A stretch of 32,000 nucleotides of DNA from Erysipelotrichaceae bacterium OH741_COT-311 (GTDB lineage: Bacteria; Bacillota_I; Bacilli_A; Erysipelotrichales; Erysipelotrichaceae). Positions within the stretch are counted from its first letter, which is position 1. Every line of letters starts with the position of its first letter. Below, piece by piece: positions 8,729 through 18,122 of this stretch. A program made the position numbers and the translations under genes. Where the stretch lies: NCBI GenBank assembly GCA_003858585.1, contig RQZE01000005.1, positions 30,001 through 62,000 of the forward strand. The letters run 5' to 3'. The notes under the pieces are model-generated. The model had not been told where the DNA came from. It did not search any database and saw only the letters and a list, made by a program, of their open reading frames with translations.

Positions 8729-11172
8729 TGAAAAAACACTATGATGTAAAAGGTATGACTTGTAGTGCTTGTGCAAATATTATTGAAAAAACATTGACGA
8801 AGCAACAAGGCATTTCCAATATAAATGTAAATCTACTAAGTAATAGTATGGATATTGAATACGATGCTTCTATCATTAATGAAGAAGCCATTATTAAAAC
8901 CGTAGATGGCTTAGGCTATAAAGTAATAACGGACACGATCGTAAAAGAATATGACCAAGAAAGCCAACAACAAAAATACAAGCTCATTCTTTCTATTGTC
9001 TTTATGGTTCTTCTGTTTTATATCTCAATGGGACACATGATGCATTGGCCACTGTTAGATTTGTTCCATCAAAAAGAACACCTTCTGACCTTTGCCTTTA
9101 CACAATTTATTCTGTCATTACCTATTTATATTTTAAATGCTCATTATTTTACACATGGCTTTAAATCCTTAGCGAAAAAACACCCTAATATGGATTCACT
9201 GATCGCTATTGGATCTCTTGCTTCTATGCTTTATGGCATTTATGCCATATATAAATTAGGCTATTTCATTTCAACACAAAATATGGAAGCTGCCCATGCC
9301 ATCTCTATGGATTTATACTTTGAAACAGGAGCCATGATTTTAACGCTTATTAGTCTTGGTAAATATCTAGAGAGTAAATCAAAGAAGAAAACAAGTGAAG
9401 CCATTAGTAAACTCGTTGACCTACAAGCTAAAACTGCCACAATCTTAAAAGATGGTAAAGAAATAGAAGTTGATATTCATCAAGTAGCAGTCAATGACAT
9501 TGTCATTGTAAAACAAGGTACCATCATTCCAAGTGATGGAACGATTATCTATGGTTCAAGCAGTGTAGATGAATCTATGATTACAGGAGAATCTATTCCT
9601 GTAGAGAAAACCATCGGTCATACTGTCATTGGTGCAACGATGAATTTAAGTGGTTACCTACAAATCCAAGTAAGTAAAAGTGTGGAAGATTCCACATTAT
9701 CTTCCATCATTAAATTGGTAGAACAAGCAAGTAACTCCAAAGCACCAATTGCCAAATTAGCAGACCAGCTAAGTGGCATCTTTGTACCAATTGTTATAGT
9801 CATTAGTTTTATTTCCTTTATAACTTGGTTATTCATTACAAAGAACTTTGAACAAAGCATGTCCTTTGCCATTGCTGTATTAGTGATTTCTTGCCCTTGT
9901 GCCTTAGGACTTGCAACTCCTGTATCTATTATGGTTTCTACCGGTGTTGCCGCAAGCAATGGAATTCTAATCAAAAGTGCTAAAACGCTAGAAACAACAG
10001 GTAAAATTAAAACGATTCTATTAGATAAGACAGGAACCATTACCAAAGGTAAACCCCATGTAGTAAATATTCATAGTTTCAAAGAAGATTTTACTCGCAT
10101 TGCATACTCATTAGAGAAGCAATCTTCGCACCCACTATCCAAAGCAATTGTTGATTTCTTTACGTATGAAGCGATTACGTTTGATGATTTTACACAATTG
10201 GACGGCAAAGGAATCCTTAGTCACTTGAAACAGGATCGTTATCTAGCCGGTAACTTACGTTTAATGAATGACTATAATGTAAAGATGGATGCCTACATCA
10301 ATCGTATTGATGAAGCTTCAAAACAAGGACACACCCCATTAATTTTCGCCTTAAATGATGAAGTAATCGGAATCATTGAAGTTGCTGATACAATTAAAGA
10401 GACAAGTATTCAAGCCATTAAAGAACTACAAAAAATGAATATCGATGTTGTTATGCTAACAGGAGACAATCCGTTAGTAGCCAAAAACATTGCCGATAAA
10501 GTAAACATCAAAGAATTCAAAGCCAGTATCTTACCGGCTGAAAAACATGAATATGTACTGCAATACCAAAAACATGGAAATGTAGCCATGGTTGGTGATG
10601 GTATCAACGACTCCATCGCCCTTGCAAGTGCCGACGTAGGCATTGCCATTGGTTCCGGAAGTGACATTGCAATTGAATCAGCAGATGTCATCTTAGTAAA
10701 AGACAACTTAATGGATGTTGCTAATTTTATCCGTCTAAGCCAAAAAACAATGTTAAATATTAAAGAAAATCTATTCTGGGCATTAATCTACAACACCATT
10801 GGTATTCCACTGGCAGCAGGTTTATTCTACCTACCATTTGGATTAAAACTAAATCCGATGTTTGGTGCCTTTGCCATGAGTATTAGTAGTGTATCTGTTG
10901 TACTGAATGCCTTACGTATACGTAAGTTTAAACCAATAAAAAGTAAAGGAGAAGAAACGATGATTAAACAAGTTATGATTGAAGGAATGTCTTGTAAACA
11001 CTGCGTAAAACATGTAAATGATGCATTAAATGCCATTTCCGGCATCCAAGCAACCGTTGATTTAGCTAGCAACAGTGCAACCTTAACCTGTGCATCAAAC
11101 ATTGATGATCAAGTGATTACTACTGCCATTGAACATGCCGGATATACCGTTAAGGACATCAAACACTTATGA
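8728..11172 (+). CDS. copA: Copper-translocating P1B-type ATPase with an N-terminal HMA domain and a C-terminal CopZ-like HMA domain
   Basis: GMTCSAC (N-terminal HMA), TGES, CPC (SCPCALGLATP), DKTGT, GDGIND and a C-terminal GMSCKHC HMA. The start is set at 8728 (MKKHYDVKG) rather than 8710. Confidence 0.92.
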   Translation: MKKHYDVKGMTCSACANIIEKTLTKQQGISNINVNLLSNSMDIEYDASIINEEAIIKTVDGLGYKVITDTIVKEYDQESQQQKYKLILSIVFMVLLFYISMGHMMHWPLLDLFHQKEHLLTFAFTQFILSLPIYILNAHYFTHGFKSLAKKHPNMDSLIAIGSLASMLYGIYAIYKLGYFISTQNMEAAHAISMDLYFETGAMILTLISLGKYLESKSKKKTSEAISKLVDLQAKTATILKDGKEIEVDIHQVAVNDIVIVKQGTIIPSDGTIIYGSSSVDESMITGESIPVEKTIGHTVIGATMNLSGYLQIQVSKSVEDSTLSSIIKLVEQASNSKAPIAKLADQLSGIFVPIVIVISFISFITWLFITKNFEQSMSFAIAVLVISCPCALGLATPVSIMVSTGVAASNGILIKSAKTLETTGKIKTILLDKTGTITKGKPHVVNIHSFKEDFTRIAYSLEKQSSHPLSKAIVDFFTYEAITFDDFTQLDGKGILSHLKQDRYLAGNLRLMNDYNVKMDAYINRIDEASKQGHTPLIFALNDEVIGIIEVADTIKETSIQAIKELQKMNIDVVMLTGDNPLVAKNIADKVNIKEFKASILPAEKHEYVLQYQKHGNVAMVGDGINDSIALASADVGIAIGSGSDIAIESADVILVKDNLMDVANFIRLSQKTMLNIKENLFWALIYNTIGIPLAAGLFYLPFGLKLNPMFGAFAMSISSVSVVLNALRIRKFKPIKSKGEETMIKQVMIEGMSCKHCVKHVNDALNAISGIQATVDLASNSATLTCASNIDDQVITTAIEHAGYTVKDIKHL

Positions 11173-11429
11173 TGGCGGATAAAAAACAAGTCAACAAATA
11201 CTTAAAAACAGTAAAAAGTCAGGTGGATTGCCTTTTAAAAATGGTGGAAGAGGATAGACAATGTGCTGAAATATCCAATCAATTACTCGCATCCATTGCT
11301 TTATTAAAGAAAACCAATCGTATGATTTTAGAAAGTCATATCAATACCTGTATCCAAGAATCTTTACAAAATGGTAACAGTGAAAAAGTTGCTGAAGTAC
11401 TAGATTTATTAGAAAAGCTAAATAAATAG
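11169..11429 (+). CDS. csoR: CsoR-family metal-sensing transcriptional repressor
   Basis: 86 aa with the C..H...C ligand pattern (QCAEIS ... ESHINTC). The start overlaps the copA stop (ATGA). Confidence 0.85.
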   Translation: MMADKKQVNKYLKTVKSQVDCLLKMVEEDRQCAEISNQLLASIALLKKTNRMILESHINTCIQESLQNGNSEKVAEVLDLLEKLNK

Positions 11430-11460
11430 GAGAGATGTATTATTCCATCTCTCCTATTTT
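11428..11460. terminator. Bidirectional rho-independent terminator between csoR and convergent murI
   Basis: Perfect 10-bp stem AGGAGAGATG / CATCTCTCCT with an 8-nt loop, followed by ATTTT. It overlaps the murI 3' end. Confidence 0.75.
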
Positions 11461-12213
11461 CATATTCCATAATTTATAAAATATATCTAAATTTGACTCA
11501 CTGCTTTCAAATACAATCCTACCACCCTTTGTATCATCATTTAATAATTGATGTTGTTGTAAGATATGCTTTAAATGTTTAGCAACCCCCAAAGCACCAT
11601 CATATACTTTGACATTACCTAACTCCTTTACAATACCCGTTTGAACAAACGGATAATGCGTACAACCCAAAACAACCGCATCTACCTGATCTTGATATTC
11701 ATGCAATTCTTCTTTTAAATATGTTTGAATTTCATCATCCTTTAAATCGTGATGTTCAATCAGACATGCAAGCAAAGGCATTGGCTTTAACAAGATGTGT
11801 GTATGTTGATTATATTGATTTATCAGTTTATTCACACGCTTTGACTGCAATGTCATCGGTGTTGCCAATAATAAAATCGCTTTGTTTTGATCCAGTACAG
11901 CAGGCTTTATCGCAGGTTCAATCCCAATAAACAACATTTCCGGATATTTTTCCCTCACCACATCAATAGCTTCACTAGTAGCGGTATTACACGCAATTAC
12001 AATTGCCTTTACCGACTTACTCATCAACGTTTCTACCGCTTGTATCGTTAATGCAATAATCTCTTTTTGACTTTTGCTACCATAAGGAGCATTTGCACGA
12101 TCTCCATAAAAATAAATATCTTCATTAGGCAAAAGGTTTACAATTTGCTTTAGCACACTTAAACCGCCAACACCCGAATCAAACACTCCAATTGCTTGTT
12201 TCTTCTTATCCAT
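11440..12213 (-). CDS. murI: Glutamate racemase
   Basis: VFDSGVGGLSV, the catalytic CNTA and GCTHYP motifs; 257 aa. Confidence 0.92.
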   Translation of the reverse strand: MDKKKQAIGVFDSGVGGLSVLKQIVNLLPNEDIYFYGDRANAPYGSKSQKEIIALTIQAVETLMSKSVKAIVIACNTATSEAIDVVREKYPEMLFIGIEPAIKPAVLDQNKAILLLATPMTLQSKRVNKLINQYNQHTHILLKPMPLLACLIEHHDLKDDEIQTYLKEELHEYQDQVDAVVLGCTHYPFVQTGIVKELGNVKVYDGALGVAKHLKHILQQHQLLNDDTKGGRIVFESSESNLDIFYKLWNMKIGEME

Positions 12214-12336
12214 ACACTCACCTACCTGTTCATTTTACTATAAATCTTTTAAAAATTACAATTATGTCACTTCCATGCATTTCCCTAGTAATTTTTTTAT
12301 TTCTTATATTACTATTTTTAAAAAGGGAGAACATAT

Positions 12337-14460
12337 ATGAACAATATCTTAAATATCCAAGTCTTTATTGCTGGAATTTTAGCTTTCTTTTCACCTTGCA
12401 TTTTACCTTTAATTCCAGTCTATCTTTCACTCTTTACATCGGTAAGTATAGAAAACAAACACAAAGGAAACATTATGCTTAAAAGCTTTCTGTTTGCTTT
12501 AGGCATCAGTTTTAGCTTTCTAGCTCTTGGAATAACAGCCGGATTATTAGGTACTCTTTTAAATAATAAATTACTTTTAATCCTTTTAGGTATCTTAATT
12601 ATCTTGTTGGGAATACATCAAACCGGAGTAATCCAAATTCGCTTTTTAAACAAACAAGGTTATCAAAACATCAACACAACAAATCTAACAAACTCAAAAA
12701 TCTTTTTTCTAGGCTTTGGATTAAGCTTCGCATGGACTCCATGTGTTGGACCCGTATTAGCGAGTATTCTAGCAATTAGTTCAAGTCAACAAAACATTCT
12801 TGTATCAACCTACTTACTCATCTTATTTTCCCTTGGCTTCACCATTCCGTTTTTGCTAATTGCTTATTTCCAAGATGCTGTATTAAAACAAATCAAAAAA
12901 CTATATCGATATTTTCCTGTAATTAAAGTATTGACCGGTATTTTAATCATCTACATGGGTATTACAATTATTGCACAAAACATTAATTTTTCTGTTAAAA
13001 ACGACTTAGTAAATTTAAACGATACCATTGTTTTAACAGACTTTAACAACAAAGAATACACACTGGATGACTTTAAAGGAAAAAACACCTATGTTAAATT
13101 TTGGGCTAGCTGGTGTCCAATTTGTGTAAGTGAATTAGATGCTGTAAATGAACTATCAGCCACAAATAAAGATATAAACATCATCACTATTGTAGCTCCA
13201 AACTACAAAGGTGAAATGAATAAGAAAGACTTTATACAATGGTTCACATCTTTAGAACACACCAAAAATATTACAGTTTTATTCGATGAGCGAGGAGAAT
13301 TAAATCAAAGTTATTTAATCAAAGGCTATCCAAGCGCATTATTTTTTAATACCAACGGTGATCTTCTTTCACGTAATATCGGTCATTTAGAAAACCAACA
13401 GATAAGAGATGTCTTTAACGGAAAGAAAATAGTTCATAAACCAACACAAACCAGTGAAAAGAAAATGCACAATATTCTAACTACGCAAGAAATCTATTTA
13501 GCCGGAGGATGTTTCTGGGGCTTAGAAGCATACTTTGAAAAATTACCCGGAATTCTTCATGCTGAAGTTGGATATGCCAATGGTTCAACGGAAAAACCAA
13601 GCTACCAAGATGTAATCAATCAAAGCGGTCATGCTGAAACGGTTTATATTAAATACGATCCTACCGTTATCTCTACTACAAATATCATCAAGGCCTTCTT
13701 TAAGGTAGTCAATCCTACTTCATTAAATAAACAGGGAAATGACATTGGCATTCAATATCGTAGCGGAATCTACTATACAAATGAATATCAAAAAGAAATT
13801 GCTTTAACTTACATCCATGAATTACAAAAAAATTATGACAAATCTATTGTAACCGAGGTGCTTCCATTGGAAAATTACTATAAAGCGGAAGAATATCATC
13901 AAAATTACCTACAAAAAAATCCACATGGATATTGTCATATTGATTTAAACGATGCCAATACATTTATTGAAGAAAGCAGTTTAAATAAATCTATCTTAAA
14001 AAATATTATTGATAAAAATTATCAAAAACCAAGTGATGACGTATTAAAGAAATCATTAACAAGATTACAATATGAAGTAACACAATTTGCTGCAACAGAA
14101 CAATCCTTCACTAATGAATATGTCGATCTTTTTGATGATGGAATTTATGTCGATATTGTAAGTGGAGAACCACTATTTAGTTCTATTGATAAATACCATT
14201 CAGGATGTGGTTGGCCCTCTTTCACAAAGCCTATTATCTCTGAAATAATTACTGAACACGAAGATCCGTCGCTTGGTTTAATACGCACAGAAGTACGATC
14301 AAAGTATGCCAACAGTCATTTGGGACATGTCTTTGATGATGGACCAAAAGAAAAAGGTGGTTTACGCTATTGCATCAACTCTGCATCCATTCGCTTTGTA
14401 CCATTAGAACGTATGGAACTAGAAGGCTATGATTACCTATTACCATTATTTCAAAAATAA
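12337..14460 (+). CDS. msrAB: Four-domain fusion: CcdA/DsbD-type membrane thiol-disulfide transporter, TlpA-like thioredoxin, MsrA and MsrB
   Basis: The N-terminal polytopic region has FSPCILP and WTPCVGP motifs (CcdA). It is followed by WASWCPIC (thioredoxin fold), GGCFWG (MsrA) and GCGWPSF...RYCINS (MsrB). SD AGGGAGA lies upstream of the ATG at 12337. Confidence 0.88.
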   Translation: MNNILNIQVFIAGILAFFSPCILPLIPVYLSLFTSVSIENKHKGNIMLKSFLFALGISFSFLALGITAGLLGTLLNNKLLLILLGILIILLGIHQTGVIQIRFLNKQGYQNINTTNLTNSKIFFLGFGLSFAWTPCVGPVLASILAISSSQQNILVSTYLLILFSLGFTIPFLLIAYFQDAVLKQIKKLYRYFPVIKVLTGILIIYMGITIIAQNINFSVKNDLVNLNDTIVLTDFNNKEYTLDDFKGKNTYVKFWASWCPICVSELDAVNELSATNKDINIITIVAPNYKGEMNKKDFIQWFTSLEHTKNITVLFDERGELNQSYLIKGYPSALFFNTNGDLLSRNIGHLENQQIRDVFNGKKIVHKPTQTSEKKMHNILTTQEIYLAGGCFWGLEAYFEKLPGILHAEVGYANGSTEKPSYQDVINQSGHAETVYIKYDPTVISTTNIIKAFFKVVNPTSLNKQGNDIGIQYRSGIYYTNEYQKEIALTYIHELQKNYDKSIVTEVLPLENYYKAEEYHQNYLQKNPHGYCHIDLNDANTFIEESSLNKSILKNIIDKNYQKPSDDVLKKSLTRLQYEVTQFAATEQSFTNEYVDLFDDGIYVDIVSGEPLFSSIDKYHSGCGWPSFTKPIISEIITEHEDPSLGLIRTEVRSKYANSHLGHVFDDGPKEKGGLRYCINSASIRFVPLERMELEGYDYLLPLFQK

Positions 14461-14482
14461 AAAGCACTTTAAGTGCTTTTTT
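14461..14482. terminator. Bidirectional terminator between the msr fusion and the convergent TPM gene
   Basis: AAAGCAC-TTTAA-GTGCTTT palindrome flanked by an A-run and a T-run. Confidence 0.7.
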
Positions 14483-15719
14483 AAAAAGATCCGCCACGTC
14501 CTCCATGACTACGTCCACTTGAACCAAAATGTGTTCGACTACCTGAATTATTCTTAGGTTTAGCACGTCGAGTCGTATTGGAATACATAAACATATCATG
14601 ACTGTGTTGAATATCTAAACTACCACTCTTTAAATAATCACTCGCACTTGCTTTACGACGTACACTTCGTAATGTACTAGCCAATGCAGCACACACAATT
14701 CCTGCCAAAATTAACCCGGATACTAAAGCAATCGCTATATTCTTCATTAACTCTTGACTTGCTTGTTTAGGATTATTTATTTTATTATCATAGTCATAAG
14801 CTTCATCACTTTGATATTCAATAATATAGTCTTCTACATGATAAATAAATGTATCAAACGCTTTATAAAACTCATTTTGTGATAAATACGGTAAAATTTC
14901 ATTCTCTAATTGCTCTAATCCATAATCTGTAAAAATATCAATCCCTCTACCTGATGTAGAAATATGCCACTTACGATCCTCTTTACTTACTAAAAATAAG
15001 ATTCCATCTGCTCCATAACCAGCATAATCAAAATAATCATCTGCTGCTGCCTCTGCACTTTTACCACGTAAATAGTCAGAGAATACAATCACTACATCTA
15101 ATTGATATTTATTTTTTAAAGCAATTAAACGTTGTTCTAATTCAGCTTGCTCATAAGAATCCAAATAATTTTGATAATCTACATAATGCTTTAAATTACC
15201 TGACTCATCATAAAAGTACTGTGTTTCATCATTAAGTTGTGTCTGTGGTATGGTATTTGTTTGTTCTTGAAAGATAGCAGTATTTTCTATATCCCAGTAA
15301 ATATCAAAGTATAAATTACCAATAGCGCTAGCACTCATATTATCATCCGATAAAATAGAAGCAAAATAACTATGATGATCATTGATATAATCCTTCACTT
15401 TTGAACTACCATAATAATAGTAATTGGAATTATTGTTGTAAAAATAGAAGACTATTTTATGCTCAACCGTAATACTATCAACAAAAGCCTGTGCATCAAC
15501 TAAAGGATCCGCAGGATCTTTGGCGAATTTGATATAGACACCAACCTTCCAACGATCTTCCAATTCACTGGCTGATTGATTTAATTCATTTAATTCTTCT
15601 TGTGTATAAGCACCATATTCATCAAAAATATGCTGCGTTGTTTCCGCTTTTACAGTATGAACATCCAGTAATAAAAGACAAAGAAACAAGCTAAATAGTA
15701 TGGTAATTATCTTTTTCAT
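14481..15719 (-). CDS. TPM-domain membrane protein (YdjH/YgcG-like)
   Basis: Signal peptide (MKKIITILFSLFLCLLLL..VKA), two TPM-like segments, a late TM helix and a Gly-rich tail (GSSGRSHGGRGGSF) typical of TPM/YgcG proteins. Confidence 0.65.
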   Translation of the reverse strand: MKKIITILFSLFLCLLLLDVHTVKAETTQHIFDEYGAYTQEELNELNQSASELEDRWKVGVYIKFAKDPADPLVDAQAFVDSITVEHKIVFYFYNNNSNYYYYGSSKVKDYINDHHSYFASILSDDNMSASAIGNLYFDIYWDIENTAIFQEQTNTIPQTQLNDETQYFYDESGNLKHYVDYQNYLDSYEQAELEQRLIALKNKYQLDVVIVFSDYLRGKSAEAAADDYFDYAGYGADGILFLVSKEDRKWHISTSGRGIDIFTDYGLEQLENEILPYLSQNEFYKAFDTFIYHVEDYIIEYQSDEAYDYDNKINNPKQASQELMKNIAIALVSGLILAGIVCAALASTLRSVRRKASASDYLKSGSLDIQHSHDMFMYSNTTRRAKPKNNSGSRTHFGSSGRSHGGRGGSF

Positions 15720-15729
15720 GTTTCTCCTC

Positions 15730-16812
15730 CTATTTCTTTAAAAACTGTAAAACAGAAAACGTACTCAACGCCGTAACAACAAAAATAAGTAAGAACGTTA
15801 AGACTACCTTTTTATAATCCATTGGTAAATTTCCTACAAACTTACCTGTTTGCCCATTCATCGCAAAGACATAACGCTTCCCGTTCCAAGTAGTATTTAA
15901 TAACCAAAGTGGACATAATGCATAACGAGCTTGTCCATTTTGAAGTTGAATCGAACTATTTACAGGAACAATCGTTGTATAACCAACAACCGTACTTGCA
16001 AAGACATCTTCGGTACTGCGCTTAATACGTTGATTGGCACGTGTAATGCTTTCATTGGCATTTACATCATAGCGATCTGCAAGATAACCAGCAAGATATG
16101 CTGTTTTAAAATCAATCATTTCATTATAGTGATAAGGTTCTACAGACTCCATTAAATCATCATCCATTTTTGTCGAACCATCCACCGGAACATAATCAAA
16201 CGCCACACTACCTGCACGATAAACACTATAATAATTTGTTCTTGTGTAATAATAATTACTATCACTCCAAGTATCAACCGTTGTTGCCTTATAACGAACA
16301 GCCGCATCTACTTCTGCATCAAACAACCAAAACGGAACATAAAGACCCTTAATTTCATCAATATGATTTTCTTCTTTAAATACTTTTGGCAAAAAGAATT
16401 TACCCTTTAAATGCTTAAAATAACCATCCTTAGCTGCACGTTTATCCAACTTAAATGGAATCACAAAATCCGGCTTTAAATCACCTTTAAACTGTGAAGC
16501 AATAACCACTTTATTATCACAAAACGGACAACTTGTAGCAGCTAAAGTTTTATCACCAACAATTTCACCCCCACATGATCGACATGTATAAAGCATCATG
16601 TTTTCAATCTCGGATTCTTCCCACTCACTTCCGGGCTTGATGCTCCAATCCATTGTATCCGGTGCTTCACTATCCAATGCCTCATCCTGTGACTTTAAAG
16701 CATCCACGTTAATTTCACTACTACAAAATGGACACTTCATCTTTTGGCTATGACTATCAAATTGTATGGCACCGCCACACGATGGACATTTATAATCAAA
16801 TAACTCACTCAT
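15730..16812 (-). CDS. Double zinc-ribbon protein with a C-terminal TM anchor (YdjG-like)
   Basis: CPSCGG..CPFC and CRSCGG..CPFC ribbons, plus a C-terminal hydrophobic helix (VVLTFLLIFVVTALSTFSVL). Confidence 0.6.
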   Translation of the reverse strand: MSELFDYKCPSCGGAIQFDSHSQKMKCPFCSSEINVDALKSQDEALDSEAPDTMDWSIKPGSEWEESEIENMMLYTCRSCGGEIVGDKTLAATSCPFCDNKVVIASQFKGDLKPDFVIPFKLDKRAAKDGYFKHLKGKFFLPKVFKEENHIDEIKGLYVPFWLFDAEVDAAVRYKATTVDTWSDSNYYYTRTNYYSVYRAGSVAFDYVPVDGSTKMDDDLMESVEPYHYNEMIDFKTAYLAGYLADRYDVNANESITRANQRIKRSTEDVFASTVVGYTTIVPVNSSIQLQNGQARYALCPLWLLNTTWNGKRYVFAMNGQTGKFVGNLPMDYKKVVLTFLLIFVVTALSTFSVLQFLKK

Positions 16813-16845
16813 ACCAGTTTCCCTTTCTAAAATAACTAGAGAGAA

Positions 16846-16875
16846 GAAGCACTAAATCTTTTGATCTAATGCTTC
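16846..16875 (-). other. Intercistronic RNA hairpin between the SPFH and zinc-ribbon genes
   Basis: On the minus-strand transcript this is a 13-bp stem with a UUUU/AAAA loop, fully paired with two G-U wobbles. The same positions would be C-A mismatches on the plus strand. Confidence 0.5.
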
Positions 16876-16896
16876 CTAATCCTACTATTTGGTTTT

Positions 16897-18081
16897 TTAT
16901 TGACGTGGTTTACCACACTCTACACAAAATTTACCAACGTTATCTGTTCCACAAGAACACTTCCAATTACCATTTGGCTTTGGACTACCACATTCAACAC
17001 AGAATTTACCGGTGTTACTTGTATTGCAATTTGTACATTTCCAACCATCCGCTTGCGCTTGTTGGTTATTATTTTGTTGTGACATCGCAAACAAATTATT
17101 CGCATTCATCCCACCGGCATTACCGGCCATATTCATACCCATAAAACCAGTCATCGCTCCACCGGTATTAGACGCAGCAGCCTTCATCGCATCCGCTTGA
17201 GCACCGACAAGAGTAGCCGCAGCCATATTTGGATCACGCATAATCGCATTTCTTTGTGCTTGTTTAATTAATTCCGCATCTTCTTCCGGTAAAGTAATCG
17301 GATTTAACGCAATAGAAACAATGGATAATCCTCTTAATTCTCCCCACTTTGTATTTAATGCTTCATTCATCGCATCAATTAACTCATTTACATGTCCGGG
17401 TATCATATTTGGACGCACTTCTAATTGTGAAATCTTCGCTAATGCAGGTTGTAAGGCACTAATAAACTCTGTTTTAAGTTGTGTATCAATTTCTTCACGA
17501 TTGTATTCACGTTCTACATTACCACATACATTTGTATAGAATAATAACGGATCTGAAATACGATACGAATACACTCCATTGCAACGAATCGCAACATCAA
17601 TATCTAATCCAATATTACGATCCACCACTCTAAATGGAATTGGATTTGCAGTACCAAATTTATTATCAACTAATTCTTTTACATTGAAATAATAAACACG
17701 TTGATCCTTACCAGTATCTCCACCATAAGCAAAACGCTTCCCAATTGTCGCAAATGTATTCTTAATACCTTGCCCTAGCTTACCGGTAAAAATACTTGGC
17801 TCTGTTGATGTATCATACGTATACTCACCCGGTTCTGCACACACTTCAACAATCTTTCCTTGTTCCACGATAATCATACATTGTCCATCCGCAACCGCAA
17901 TACCGGAACCGTTTGAAATGATATTGTCATTTCCTCTTGTGTTTGATGAACGACCTGAAACTCTTTTTTGACCCTTTACCACTAATACATCTTTATCTAA
18001 AGAATCGCAATAGATAAATTCCTTCCACTGATCAGCTAACGTACCGCCAATTGCTCCAAGCCCTGCTTTAATAAGTCCCAT
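16897..18081 (-). CDS. SPFH/Band-7 domain protein with a C-terminal tandem zinc ribbon (YdjI-like)
   Basis: The N-terminal MGLIKAGLGAIGG..WKE pattern and SPFH-like core match the YdjI group. A Gly/Met/Asn-rich linker precedes WKCTNC..CVECG and WKCSCG..CVECG. Confidence 0.7.
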   Translation of the reverse strand: MGLIKAGLGAIGGTLADQWKEFIYCDSLDKDVLVVKGQKRVSGRSSNTRGNDNIISNGSGIAVADGQCMIIVEQGKIVEVCAEPGEYTYDTSTEPSIFTGKLGQGIKNTFATIGKRFAYGGDTGKDQRVYYFNVKELVDNKFGTANPIPFRVVDRNIGLDIDVAIRCNGVYSYRISDPLLFYTNVCGNVEREYNREEIDTQLKTEFISALQPALAKISQLEVRPNMIPGHVNELIDAMNEALNTKWGELRGLSIVSIALNPITLPEEDAELIKQAQRNAIMRDPNMAAATLVGAQADAMKAAASNTGGAMTGFMGMNMAGNAGGMNANNLFAMSQQNNNQQAQADGWKCTNCNTSNTGKFCVECGSPKPNGNWKCSCGTDNVGKFCVECGKPRQ

Positions 18082-18122
18082 TTAATAATTCCTCCTCATT
18101 CTATTATATTTATATTATTAAA

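Noticed and set aside
12192-12482. 96-aa (+) ORF spanning the murI/msr intergenic region and overlapping the start of the msr fusion
   Set aside because: It is in a different frame from the 707-aa ORF, which has a good SD and recognised motifs from its first TM helix. The 96-aa product is low-complexity Leu/Phe/Ser.
14375-14599. 74-aa (-) ORF bridging the msrAB 3' end and the TPM gene 3' end
   Set aside because: It runs through a bidirectional terminator and overlaps two supported genes out of frame.
16869-17144. Cluster of short ORFs on both strands (16869-17144 +, 16900-17082 +, 16920-17105 -) over the 3' end of the SPFH gene
   Set aside because: They arise from the repetitive zinc-ribbon and Gly/Asn/Met-rich coding sequence. 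The 394-aa frame is the only one with domain logic.
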